Source of the DNA: Candidatus Staskawiczbacteria bacterium
GTDB lineage: Bacteria; Patescibacteriota; Minisyncoccia; Minisyncoccales; Staskawiczbacteraceae
Assembly: GCA_016196125.1 (NCBI GenBank)
Contig: JACPYG010000015.1
Location: 22,966-86,965 of the forward strand
Length of the DNA: 64,000 nt
Direction: 5' to 3'
Both the position numbers and the translations under genes were made by a program. The first letter of the stretch is position 1. Each line of letters starts with the position of its first letter. Positions 7,581-16,589 of the stretch are shown here, in pieces. Below the pieces are notes generated by a model. The model worked only from the letters and a program-made list of their open reading frames with translations. It did not search any database and was not told the origin of the DNA.

Positions 7581-8390
7581 TTAATGGTTATGATGATGAG
7601 TGATGACTTTGATATTTTGACCGGAAATATTTAAAAATTCGCTTTGTTTTATAAATTCTTCCGATGAAGTATGGCAAACTAAAATGCGGTCAACGCAAGC
7701 AATGTGCATCGCTTCTTTTATTATTCTATCAATGTCGTGAGTCACAAGAACTAATGTTAAATTTAATTCTTTGTTTAATTTTCTCAACAAATTATAAAAT
7801 TCATTCTGGGCATTTTGGTCAACACCGGTTGTTGGCTCATCTAAAAAAATAATTTCCGGCTGTCCGGCAAGCGCTCGGGCAATAAATATGCGCTGTTGCT
7901 GGCCCGAAGACAGGTCGCCAATTAAGCGGTCTTTATAGCCCCACATATCAACATGTTTTAATGATATTTCTATTATTGCATCATCTTCTTTTGTTGCAAA
8001 ACGAAATAATCCTCTTTTGGCAAATCTTGCCATAGCCACAACTTCTCTAACGGTAGCCGGGAAATTTACATCAAAATTAGTGGCTTTTTGCGGAACATAG
8101 CCGACGCGAGACCAATCTTTGAATTTCTTAACATCCTGGCCAAATAACTTTATCGAGCCATGGGATGGATTTAAAAGTCCGAGTATGATTTTTAACAAAG
8201 TTGTTTTTCCTGCTCCATTAGGGCCGACAATTCCAAGGTAATCCCCCATGTGTATATTAAGAGTAATGTCTTTTAACACTTCTTCATCGCCATAGTTAAA
8301 AGATACATTATTAACTTCTATAATATTTTTTGAGTGGTCTACCCTGTTAGAAGTTTTGAGATTTTTTTGTATATAAGAATTATTTTCCAT
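7581..8390 (-). CDS. Metal ABC transporter ATP-binding protein (ZnuC-like) with a His-rich C-terminus
   Basis: Walker A GPNGAGKTT, signature LSSGQQQR, Walker B IIFLDEP, tail ITHHHNH. Confidence 0.85.
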   Translation of the reverse strand: MENNSYIQKNLKTSNRVDHSKNIIEVNNVSFNYGDEEVLKDITLNIHMGDYLGIVGPNGAGKTTLLKIILGLLNPSHGSIKLFGQDVKKFKDWSRVGYVPQKATNFDVNFPATVREVVAMARFAKRGLFRFATKEDDAIIEISLKHVDMWGYKDRLIGDLSSGQQQRIFIARALAGQPEIIFLDEPTTGVDQNAQNEFYNLLRKLNKELNLTLVLVTHDIDRIIKEAMHIACVDRILVCHTSSEEFIKQSEFLNISGQNIKVITHHHNH

Positions 8391-8448
8391 AATTATTTAA
8401 TAAAATAACAAATTAGCGAGAGACTTCTAACGGGGCCTACTTTCATTT

Positions 8449-9345
8449 TTATTTACATTTAAGGGCTATTTTCAAATTGTCTAAATTGTTCCTCATTTCT
8501 GTAAAATAACTCTTACCCTGTGATACTTCTTCATTGGTTAAGCCCTCTATTGGATTTAAAACCATTGTTTTTGCTCCCACTTCATTTGCTATGGTATCTG
8601 ATAATTTGGGGCTGACTAAGCTTTCAAAAAATATGTATTTTACGTTATTTTCTTTGGCAAAATTAACAATATTAGCTAACTGCTGAGACGATGGTTCGGC
8701 ATCGGGCGATAATCCTGCAATGGAAACTTGATTGAATCCGTAATCAGCAGCCAAATAGCCAAAAGCAGAGTGAGATGTAATAATATTTTTTTCTTCACAG
8801 TCAGCTAAACCCTGTTTATATTCCACATCTAAATTGTTTAATTCATTTTTAAAAATATCTGCATTTGTTTGATAATAACCTGTATTTTCTGGGTCAATTT
8901 GCGCAAATCCATTAGTAATTTTGTCTACTATTTCTTTGGCTAACTGCGGATTCAGCCAAATGTGAGGGTCCGTGGTATTATTTTCTTCTCCAACTGTTAA
9001 AATAATAGTATTTTTAGAATCTAAGTTTTGTTTTATATTACTCCCCCATGGCTCAAAACCTTCTCCAATTAATACAACCAATTTGCTGTTTTCTATTTGA
9101 GCAATATCTTTTGCAGTTGGCTCATAGTCGTGCGGTTCAGCGCCGGCAGGAGTAATATTTATAACATTTGCCTTATCTCCGCCGATTTGCCGGGCAAAAA
9201 AGTATAGCGGATAAAAACTCGCTGACACTTGAATTTTATCTGGCTGAACTTGATAATTATAGATATTATTTAAAATAATAACCAAAAAACCTATAAAAAT
9301 AAATCCAATAATAAAAAAAATAATAATTTTTGATTTTTTATCCAC
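8449..9345 (-). CDS. Metal ABC transporter substrate-binding protein (ZnuA/TroA family)
   Basis: N-terminal anchor, SFYPLYFFA, EPHDYEP, DPHIWL and HSAFGYLA motifs of cluster A-I binding proteins. Confidence 0.85.
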   Translation of the reverse strand: MDKKSKIIIFFIIGFIFIGFLVIILNNIYNYQVQPDKIQVSASFYPLYFFARQIGGDKANVINITPAGAEPHDYEPTAKDIAQIENSKLVVLIGEGFEPWGSNIKQNLDSKNTIILTVGEENNTTDPHIWLNPQLAKEIVDKITNGFAQIDPENTGYYQTNADIFKNELNNLDVEYKQGLADCEEKNIITSHSAFGYLAADYGFNQVSIAGLSPDAEPSSQQLANIVNFAKENNVKYIFFESLVSPKLSDTIANEVGAKTMVLNPIEGLTNEEVSQGKSYFTEMRNNLDNLKIALKCK

Positions 9346-9373
9346 TTTTTATATACTAAAAATTAAATTTTAA

Positions 9374-9994
9374 TTATTTTCTATTTACTGATGTCCACAA
9401 GTCATTCCACCAGTCGGAAGGATTTACATCATAAATGGCTTTGCCAAGTCTTTTGCTAATATCAGTTTTAAGTTTTTTTAATTGGGCATTTCCTCTATCT
9501 TTTCCCTTTCCATGAAGCCAAACATGGGCTTCTCTATTACCAGCCCATTCGTATTCTTTTAACAAAAGTATCTGGTCTATTAAATCAGCTTCTTTTACTA
9601 AAATCGCTTCTTTGCTTTTTCTTTCTTCGTATTCAGATATTAAATTTTTTAGGTCTTCGTACGGTAGAGTTCCCAATTGCTCTTGGATAATTTCATCGCT
9701 AAATATTTTAACGTACCTTTTGTGTATCCAATTATGGTCATTTGTTCTTACCTCTCCCATGTCGTGCAAAAGACTCATCATTACAGTTTTATAAGGGTCA
9801 ACTCTCTCTTCCTTTGCCAAAAACCAGCTTATTATTGCCACTCGGTAAGAATGAGATGCAATCGAGTCTGACATATCATCGGTCAAAAGAGTCTGCCTGT
9901 GTATGCGCATTAATTTCCGCATAGTTCCCACCTCATAAAGAAAATTAGCTATTCTTTTTTGTTTATTTTCTTTTTTGATATTATTATCTTCCAT
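9374..9994 (-). CDS. HD-domain phosphohydrolase (YfbR-like 5'-nucleotidase family)
   Basis: SHSYRVA ... LLHDMGEVRTND metal-binding pattern. Start placed at MEDNNIKK; the ORF track extends to 10084. Confidence 0.7.
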   Translation of the reverse strand: MEDNNIKKENKQKRIANFLYEVGTMRKLMRIHRQTLLTDDMSDSIASHSYRVAIISWFLAKEERVDPYKTVMMSLLHDMGEVRTNDHNWIHKRYVKIFSDEIIQEQLGTLPYEDLKNLISEYEERKSKEAILVKEADLIDQILLLKEYEWAGNREAHVWLHGKGKDRGNAQLKKLKTDISKRLGKAIYDVNPSDWWNDLWTSVNRK

Positions 9995-10131
9995 AATTTT
10001 AATTATTGTCTCCCCTAAACAAAATTTGAACTTTTTATCAAACGAACCCCAACTAAGGAAAACCAGCCCGCAAATTGCTACCACTTGCCATCCGAAAAAT
10101 TTCTTAAAAAAAATCTAATCGGAGATTTATA

Positions 10132-11340
10132 TTATTTAAAAATATTTTCTAAGAATATTAAAGTGCGCTCAAAAGCCAAATTCGCAGCTTCTTTGCTGTA
10201 GGCCATATTGGTGCCGCTTCTGTTATTTGCAAATCCGTGGCCGACGTTGGGATATATAAAAATTTCGTGGCTGCCGTTTAAATTTTTTAATTTTGCCTGA
10301 AACTCTTTTACATTGTCAATCACTATTGAAGCATCTTTTTCCCCAAAATGACCCATGATGCTGGTTTTCATATGTTCAAAATCATCATTTGGATCAAATT
10401 GCCCATAATACATTACCGATGCCTTAGTGCCTAAATTATTGAGAGCCATTTGGTATGACCATCCTCCGCCAAAGCACCATCCTACCGAAGCAATTTTTTG
10501 CGGGTCAACATCATCTCTCTTTTTTAGATAATCTAAAGCTGATTTAAGATTCAAAAAGGCCTTTTCAGTATTATCTCTCACGCTCCCAGATAATTCTCTT
10601 GCTTTTGTTTGGTCGTCAGCGCTTTCACCGTTATACAAATCAACCGCCAAAGCAACATATCCATTTGCCGCAAATTGATTTGCGATTTCTTTTATATCAT
10701 TATTTAAGCCCCACCACTCATGAATTAAAATAACTGCGGGGTGATTTTTACCTTGGCCGGGATGGGCAACATACCCCTTTACATCATTGTAATACAAAAC
10801 GCTTTTATTAATTTCTATAAGATTATTGCCAGAAACTTTAAAATACCTCGAAACTCCGACATTTGGATTTGCGGTCATTGGCTCCCCGAGATTTCTATCT
10901 GCGTAGTTGACCACAATCTCTCCATTGTTAAGTTCTGTAGTTTGCGGAGCTATTCTGTCACCCAATAAAATACCATTGGTTCCCTGGTATCCATCACCGG
11001 TTTTGATGCCCGCTACAATGTAATAAAAAGTTCCACTGCCGCCGCCCTCCTGGGTAAGCAAAAATACAATATCTGATATGCCATCATTATTAAGGTCTCC
11101 TTCTGCTTCATTTCCAAAATATTTTGTAATTATCTTAGATGCGGAACCAGGAGCTGACTCTATTTCTGAAAAACCATTAACTAGTGTAACCTGCCTTCCA
11201 TCTATGATATAAGTTGAATCTTTATATCCCTTTTGAAGTCCCTTATTGCCCTGTTTTTCAGTATAAATATAATTATTCAACCAAAAAAAACCACTCGCAA
11301 TAATTATTATTATAACGATATATAGAATTATTTTTTTCAT
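10132..11340 (-). CDS. Membrane-anchored protein with a C-terminal dienelactone hydrolase domain
   Basis: N-terminal TM; C-terminal PAVILIHEWWGLN ... GWCFGGGWS ... YPNVGHGF (alpha/beta hydrolase DLH pattern). Confidence 0.7.
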   Translation of the reverse strand: MKKIILYIVIIIIIASGFFWLNNYIYTEKQGNKGLQKGYKDSTYIIDGRQVTLVNGFSEIESAPGSASKIITKYFGNEAEGDLNNDGISDIVFLLTQEGGGSGTFYYIVAGIKTGDGYQGTNGILLGDRIAPQTTELNNGEIVVNYADRNLGEPMTANPNVGVSRYFKVSGNNLIEINKSVLYYNDVKGYVAHPGQGKNHPAVILIHEWWGLNNDIKEIANQFAANGYVALAVDLYNGESADDQTKARELSGSVRDNTEKAFLNLKSALDYLKKRDDVDPQKIASVGWCFGGGWSYQMALNNLGTKASVMYYGQFDPNDDFEHMKTSIMGHFGEKDASIVIDNVKEFQAKLKNLNGSHEIFIYPNVGHGFANNRSGTNMAYSKEAANLAFERTLIFLENIFK

Positions 11341-11363
11341 ATTATTTATAATTTTACTATCTT

Positions 11364-11702
11364 TTAAAGCGAAAAAGGAGGGTATTTATCAGTTAATCCA
11401 TACATCCAGACGCTAACTCTGTTTTGCCACCTAAGAACTCCAACTATAAAATTAAAGAAATATTTTGGATATTTTCCAGTAAAAACAACTACCCAAAACC
11501 CAAACCAAACCATTATAGAAGATGCAATTCCCAAAAACCAAAACACAATTAAGTGAGGTATAAGCAATATAATTTTAGGAAAAAACCAAAAAATTCCTAA
11601 AAAAGCCAATATACGAGAGCTTTTCTCTGGATATTTTACTTCAAACTTAACTAGATATTCTTCTTCCATATTTTGTTTTTCATTAATATAATTATTTTCC
11701 AT
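11364..11702 (-). CDS. DUF4389 family membrane protein
   Basis: Two TM segments and the FTGKYPKYFFNFIVGVLRWQNRV...LTDKYPPFSL pattern. Confidence 0.6.
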   Translation of the reverse strand: MENNYINEKQNMEEEYLVKFEVKYPEKSSRILAFLGIFWFFPKIILLIPHLIVFWFLGIASSIMVWFGFWVVVFTGKYPKYFFNFIVGVLRWQNRVSVWMYGLTDKYPPFSL

Positions 11703-11728
11703 ATTTAATTTTAATATTGAATATTTAT

Positions 11729-12316
11729 CTAATTAGTTCGGTTTATAAATAATAAAGAATTGATAATATCATTAAATGTTCTTTCTTCTAAACCTGGTGT
11801 ATAGGCAAATGAATAAAAGTAACTGGGACTATTCTGTGTTAGACGAATGTCAAGCGCCTTATGTGTAAAATTTCTCCAATCTGGCTGTCCTGAAAAATTA
11901 GGCACCCCATCTTTCTTTGTAATTTCGTATAAAATGGCTTCGTGTCCTTTTATCATCGTTTTATCTTGCTTGGTAATGTCTACCGTGCTTAAAGTTAAAA
12001 ATTTGCTTGATTTAAAAAAGCTAATATAAACTTGGGATTTTTCAATATTGTTACCACCCCGTAAAACTGGATTATATATATTTATTGCCTTAAGTTGAGA
12101 AACATACTCTGCTTCAAGTTCTTTAGGAATATATGCTGAAAATAAAAATTCTGGGTTAATTTTAGAAAAATCTATTAGTTTTACAACACTATTTGTTTCC
12201 TGAACTTGATCTAGCGACTTAATAGGAATTACTTTATCTTTTAATAAAAAATATCCTACACCACCGATAAATCCAATGACTACCACAAAAAATATAATAA
12301 TGATAAAAAATTTCAT
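11729..12316 (-). CDS. Hypothetical membrane-anchored protein
   Basis: N-terminal TM only; no motif I recognise. Confidence 0.5.
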   Translation of the reverse strand: MKFFIIIIFFVVVIGFIGGVGYFLLKDKVIPIKSLDQVQETNSVVKLIDFSKINPEFLFSAYIPKELEAEYVSQLKAINIYNPVLRGGNNIEKSQVYISFFKSSKFLTLSTVDITKQDKTMIKGHEAILYEITKKDGVPNFSGQPDWRNFTHKALDIRLTQNSPSYFYSFAYTPGLEERTFNDIINSLLFINRTN

Positions 12317-12328
12317 ACTTTAATACTA

Positions 12329-12364
12329 ACAAAAAACTACCATAAAATAAAGGTGGTTTTTGTT
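12329..12364. terminator. Bidirectional-looking hairpin terminator
   Basis: AAAAAACTACC ATAAAATAAA GGTGGTTTTTG; A-run and T-run on either side. Confidence 0.45.
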
Positions 12365-12493
12365 CTGGACATGGCGCTCTCTCCTTCGCTAAAGCTATGT
12401 ACGGGCAAAGCAACTGGTATGACCTGACTGGAACTATATGCCGGAAATATCGGCTTTTTGTGACCCTCTCTGGTCACTCGATACTTCCGACCT
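12365..12493 (-). other. GC-rich ORF-free island between tRNA-Gln and the terminator (candidate ncRNA or cluster of palindromic elements)
   Basis: Hairpins GTGACC..GGTCAC (12450s-12470s) and GCCG..CGGC (12431-12446), plus a copy of the AGCTTTAGCGAAGGAG element at 12376-12406. Confidence 0.3.
12376..12406. repeat. Intergenic copy (inverted orientation) of the AGCTTTAGCG(A/G)AGG element
   Basis: Reverse complement GCCCGTACATAGCTTTAGCGAAGGAGAGAGC versus gatC TGCCCTTCCGTAGCTTTAGCGAAGGAGGGTTG. Confidence 0.75.
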
Positions 12494-12567
12494 TGGCTGC
12501 GGGACTTGGACTCGAACCAAGATAAACAGATCCAGAATCTGTTGTCCTACCATTAGACGATCCCGCA
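12494..12567 (-). tRNA. tRNA-Gln (anticodon CUG), CCA encoded
   Basis: Manual cloverleaf: TGCGGGA TC GTCT AATGGTA GGAC A ACAGA TTCTGGA TCTGT TTAT CTTGG TTCGAGT CCAAG TCCCGCA G CCA (U1:A72 as in tRNA-Gln). Confidence 0.85.
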
Positions 12568-12589
12568 ATGTTTAATTTTTTCGCAATGA

Positions 12590-13504
12590 TTATATTCTTA
12601 AATATTTTCTTACTACAATGAAACTTGCAGCTATTCCCAATCCTATTCCAAAACCAAGCTGTATTAAAATAAAAATCCAGAAGTTAGATAAAAAATAACG
12701 AAATGCATTAAAGCCCGGCAATATCACTCCTATTTTTGAAGATAGAAAATAAGTAGATAGGATAGAAAATATAAAACAAATTATAAAGGCAATCAATCCA
12801 TAAATAGCTCCTTGCGTAATAAATGGACCGCGAATAAACCAATTTGACGCGCCGACTATTCTCATAGTGCTAATTTCATTCTTTGAACTCTCAACAGCGA
12901 GCTTTATTGTGTTAAAAACAACTAATATGGCAACAATAACTAAAATTACTCCCAAAATCAAGCCAAATGCATTGATGTTTGAGGTTATGGCAAAAACCTT
13001 TTCAATTGTATCTTTTTTCTGAGAAAAATCAACCTTGTCAATAAAGGCGCTGTAATCTTCTGTTTGTAAAATATTTGAAATCTGTTCATATTGTAAAGCC
13101 GACCCCGTTGTTGTTATATTCAACGATGGCAAAAATGGATTTTGACCCACCTCTTCCAACGCCTTTGAAAAAACACTATTGTCTTTGTGTTTTTCGGTAA
13201 ATACTTTTAAAGCATCTTCTTTTGAAACATACTCAATTTTTTTAATATCTGGAGACATTTTTAAAATTTCATCCCTGATTTTTAAGATATCTTCTTCTGA
13301 TGCATCCTCTTTGAAATAAGCCGTAATATCAATTTTGTCCTGAACCTGTGAGACCAAATATTTGGTAATTCCCTGAAAAAAGAAAAGACCCGTTGCCAAC
13401 ATAATAGTTATAACCAAAACAAAAACAGCGGCCAGGCTAATTCCTTTGTTTCGCCAAAAATCCGTAAATGCAAACTTAATAATTCTTTTAAAATTGGTTA
13501 ACAT
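12590..13504 (-). CDS. ftsX: Cell-division ABC transporter permease FtsX
   Basis: 304 aa, 4 TM with a large first extracytoplasmic loop, directly downstream of ftsE. Confidence 0.85.
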   Translation of the reverse strand: MLTNFKRIIKFAFTDFWRNKGISLAAVFVLVITIMLATGLFFFQGITKYLVSQVQDKIDITAYFKEDASEEDILKIRDEILKMSPDIKKIEYVSKEDALKVFTEKHKDNSVFSKALEEVGQNPFLPSLNITTTGSALQYEQISNILQTEDYSAFIDKVDFSQKKDTIEKVFAITSNINAFGLILGVILVIVAILVVFNTIKLAVESSKNEISTMRIVGASNWFIRGPFITQGAIYGLIAFIICFIFSILSTYFLSSKIGVILPGFNAFRYFLSNFWIFILIQLGFGIGLGIAASFIVVRKYLRI

Positions 13505-13519
13505 ACATTTTTTGCATAA

Positions 13520-14200
13520 TTAAATAATAAAACGGCCTTTTTTTTCATCTCTTACAACTTTTCCGTTTTCTATGGTAATAACCCGTTTCCCTAATTTATT
13601 TATTATTTCTCTGTCGTGAGTTGATAAAATAACTGTTTTACCGGCTTTATTTATTTTTTCTAAAAGAGAAATGACTTCATAAGTATTATAAGGGTCCAGA
13701 TTGCCGGTGGGCTCATCGGCCACAATAACGTCGGGATAATTAACCAAAGCCCTGGCAATTGCCAATCTTTGCTGTTCTCCTCCGGAAAGCTCATTGGGAA
13801 AATTATTAATTTTTTCTGAAAGCCCTATTATATCAAGAATCTTTGGTACTTCCCTGTCTATTTCTTCATTTTCTTTGCCCTCTACCGACAAGATGTAAGC
13901 AACATTTTCGTAAACAGTTTTTCCATAAAAAAGCCTGTAGTCCTGAAAAATGCTCCCTATTTTTCTTCGCATTTCTTGAAGTCTCTGGGCTGACGTTTCA
14001 TTTACATTTATATCCTGGAAATAAACCTCTCCCGATGTTGGAGTTTCGAATCCTAAAAGCAATCTGATTAAAGTTGTTTTGCCTGCTCCGGACTTGCCCA
14101 CAATAGAAACAAATTCTCCCTTTTCTACTTCAAAAGAAACATCTTGTAAAACAATCGTGTTTGGGGAATAAATTTTTGTAACATTTTTGAACCTAATCAT
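13520..14200 (-). CDS. ftsE: Cell-division ABC transporter ATPase FtsE
   Basis: GKSGAGKTT, LSGGEQQR, VIVADEPTGNLD. Confidence 0.9.
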   Translation of the reverse strand: MIRFKNVTKIYSPNTIVLQDVSFEVEKGEFVSIVGKSGAGKTTLIRLLLGFETPTSGEVYFQDINVNETSAQRLQEMRRKIGSIFQDYRLFYGKTVYENVAYILSVEGKENEEIDREVPKILDIIGLSEKINNFPNELSGGEQQRLAIARALVNYPDVIVADEPTGNLDPYNTYEVISLLEKINKAGKTVILSTHDREIINKLGKRVITIENGKVVRDEKKGRFII

Positions 14201-15300
14201 TTGATTTTATTTCCGCTTGTAAGAATTGGTCTAAATCTCCATTCAAAACCGCATCTGTATTCGAGGTCTCAACTTGAGTTCTTAAATCTTTTACTAATTT
14301 ATACGGGTGCAAAACATAAGACCTAATTTGATTTCCAAAGCCTGCTGAAATTGTATCGCCTTTTATTTCTTTCATCTCTTTTGCGCGCTGCAATTCTCCA
14401 AAGGCATAAAGCTTGGCATACAAAATCTTCATTGCGTTTTCCCTGTTTTTACCTTGTAATCTTTCTGATTGCGATGAAACGGCAATGCCTGTTTTCAAAT
14501 GAGTTATTCTTATTGCCGACTCTCTTTTATTAACATATTGGCCGCCGGGACCAGAAGCCCTAAATGTGTCTATTTTTAAATCATCTGGTTTTATTTCAAT
14601 TTTAACATCTCTTTCTTTAAGCTCCGGTAAAACCTCAACTAAAGCAAAAGAAGTGTGGCGAAGTTTTTGAGCCGAAAAAGGAGAAATTCTTACCAATCTA
14701 TGCACTCCTGTTTCTTTTTTTAAAATACCATAAGCATAACTTCCTTTTATTTCCAATGTTACTGATTTTATTCCTATTCTTCCTTCTGGCCCGCCTGCTT
14801 TTCCAAATGATTGGTGCAAAACAAATACTTCAAAACCTTTTTTAGAACAATATTTTTCATACATTCTCATAAGCATTGTCGCCCAATCTTGCGAATCCTG
14901 CCCACCTGCGCCAGAGGATATTTCTAAAATTGCATTATTTCTATCGTATTTTACGGAAAGAAAAGTTTTTGTTTCCTGTTTTTTAATATCATCTTCTAAT
15001 TGGTTATATTTTTCTTTTAACTCTAATAATATTGTTTCATCTCCTCCTGCTATTTTTTCAAGCTCCTTTATTTCATCTAACTCTTTTTTTATTTTTTCTA
15101 TATTTTCTATCTCTTCTTTTATGGCCGATATTTCCTGCTGTGTCTCCTTGGCATTTTCCGTGTCGCGCCAAAAATCGGGAGCGCTTGTTTTTTTTTCTAA
15201 AACTTTTAATCTTTTTTCTTTTTCTGCAACATCAAAGACGGTCCATCAAAAGATGGAGTTTATTTTCTAATTCTTCAATTTTACTGGTTTTTTCAGCCAT
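14193..15300 (-). CDS. prfB: Peptide chain release factor 2, expressed through a programmed +1 frameshift
   Basis: Frame 0 from ATG 15300: MAEKTSKIEELENKLHLLMDRL then TGA. The +1 frame continues DVAEKEKRLKVLEKKTSAPDFWRDTENAK... into the ORF-track fragment containing SPF and GGQ (GPGGQYVNK). Confidence 0.9.
15232..15237 (-). other. RF2 autoregulatory +1 frameshift site CTT TGA
   Basis: Minus strand reads CGT CTT TGA TGT; reading resumes at GAT GTT. Confidence 0.85.
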
Positions 15301-15426
15301 ATTATATTATTAATTCAATTTATCATAATTTTTAAAACAAAAAAAGACCCCTGGATAAAAATAAGGTTTTATAGTTTTTGAACCAGTGGTCGGATTTGAA
15401 TCGACTACCGGATTTTATCCCGTTAG

Positions 15427-15498
15427 AGCCGGAGGCGAGATTCGAACTCGCGACTTACTCTTTACGAAAGAGTTACTCTGCCTCTGAGTTACTCCGGC
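15427..15498 (-). tRNA. tRNA-Thr (anticodon CGU), no encoded CCA
   Basis: Manual cloverleaf: GCCGGAG TA ACTC AGAGGCA GAGT A ACTCT TTCGTAA AGAGT AAGTC GCGAG TTCGAAT CTCGC CTCCGGC T. Flanked by CCCGTTAGA / TCTAACGGG, which extends the acceptor helix. Confidence 0.85.
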
Positions 15499-15664
15499 TC
15501 TAACGGGGCAAGTGAAAAAGTTGCTCCCTGTCTACCGACAGGCAGGCGCCTATGAGATGCACTGGCACATAATGACTGCTTCTTTATTCCAATACTATCA
15601 CTGGAAACAGCAAAAATCAATTAGAAAATAATTACCCCACTCCTCAACTAACTATTGTTTTGCG

Positions 15665-15702
15665 TAATAAAAAAGGGAGATTGAAATTACTTCCAATCTC
15701 CC
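15665..15702 (-). terminator. Intrinsic terminator after the deoxyribosyltransferase-MazG gene
   Basis: Minus strand: GGGAGATTG GAAGTAATTT CAATCTCCC TTTTTTATT. Confidence 0.75.
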
Positions 15703-15709
15703 AGATGTT

Positions 15710-16444
15710 TCACTTCCAAGAACGCTTCTCGTTCTCTTTTTCTTTTTCGTGAAGTGCATGAAAAAGAGAAACTTGAAGTAAGTTGGCTAAATCCAAAATG
15801 TAAATCAACACATCCGCCAACTCGCCTTCAAGTGCGGGGTATTTATCCTTCTTTTCCTTATCGGTTTTTAACCCAACATACTTGCGAATTGCTTTTGCCA
15901 ATTCGCCGACTTCTTCCATCAGAAGCAGAAGAACATCACGAGGGGTTTCTTTGTCAAAACCCCGCCTTACAACCATCTCGTGAATGTAGTGTTGCAGGAC
16001 AGCTAACGAAGAGCGGTCGTTGATGTTCTCCAATGGAGACATTTTTAACAAGGCACTTTTAACTTGCTTGGGAGTTGCCAATGTCCCGCAGAAAAATTTT
16101 AGAGTGGCATCGGTCATCATTTCTTTGCAAAAAACTGGCTTGCCCAAAGCGATCGCCCATCCAAGTTCCATTTTAGACGAATCTCCTAAATACCCTTCGG
16201 GGTTGTAGAGATAAAGGGCATCTGCCTTTGTGATTGCGTTAAGATGTCCCTGTTCTAACGTCTTTGGGTCTCGTGTTTTATCTGTTTTCAGAATTGCAAA
16301 TTCTTCATCGGGGTTTATCACCTCCGATGCGGTTGGTGAAAGAACTACTACACCGAGCGACTCAAATGCAAGAACTGTCTTACTGATTTGAGGGAAGAAT
16401 CGACAAAAAGAACCAGACACTACGATTGTCAATTTTTTAGCCAT
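15710..16444 (-). CDS. Fusion protein: nucleoside 2-deoxyribosyltransferase-like N-domain plus MazG-like nucleotide pyrophosphohydrolase C-domain
   Basis: SKMELGWAIALGKPVF (NDT-like) and EEVGELAKAIRK...ELADVLIYILDLANLL (MazG EExxE/D pattern). Start at MAKKLTIVV, preceded by AAAGAGGTGAGG. The region looks GC-richer than its neighbours. Confidence 0.6.
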   Translation of the reverse strand: MAKKLTIVVSGSFCRFFPQISKTVLAFESLGVVVLSPTASEVINPDEEFAILKTDKTRDPKTLEQGHLNAITKADALYLYNPEGYLGDSSKMELGWAIALGKPVFCKEMMTDATLKFFCGTLATPKQVKSALLKMSPLENINDRSSLAVLQHYIHEMVVRRGFDKETPRDVLLLLMEEVGELAKAIRKYVGLKTDKEKKDKYPALEGELADVLIYILDLANLLQVSLFHALHEKEKENEKRSWK

Positions 16445-16589
16445 AACCTCACCTCTTTCTTGGTTGGTTTTTAAGGTGCGTAGAGAATCCAATACCCTAC
16501 CACCAAACAAGATTAAAGTCAATAATAAAAGATTCAATTATTTAATTAACCTTACTTTATATTTTTTACGACAAAAATGCAAGACAAGG

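Noticed and set aside
12365-12493. SRP (4.5S) RNA assignment, based on CCAGUCAGGUC resembling the conserved ACCAGGUCAGGUCC.
   Set aside because: The essential GGAA tetraloop and the GGAAGCAGC 3' strand of helix 8 are absent, so the match is only about 11 nt.
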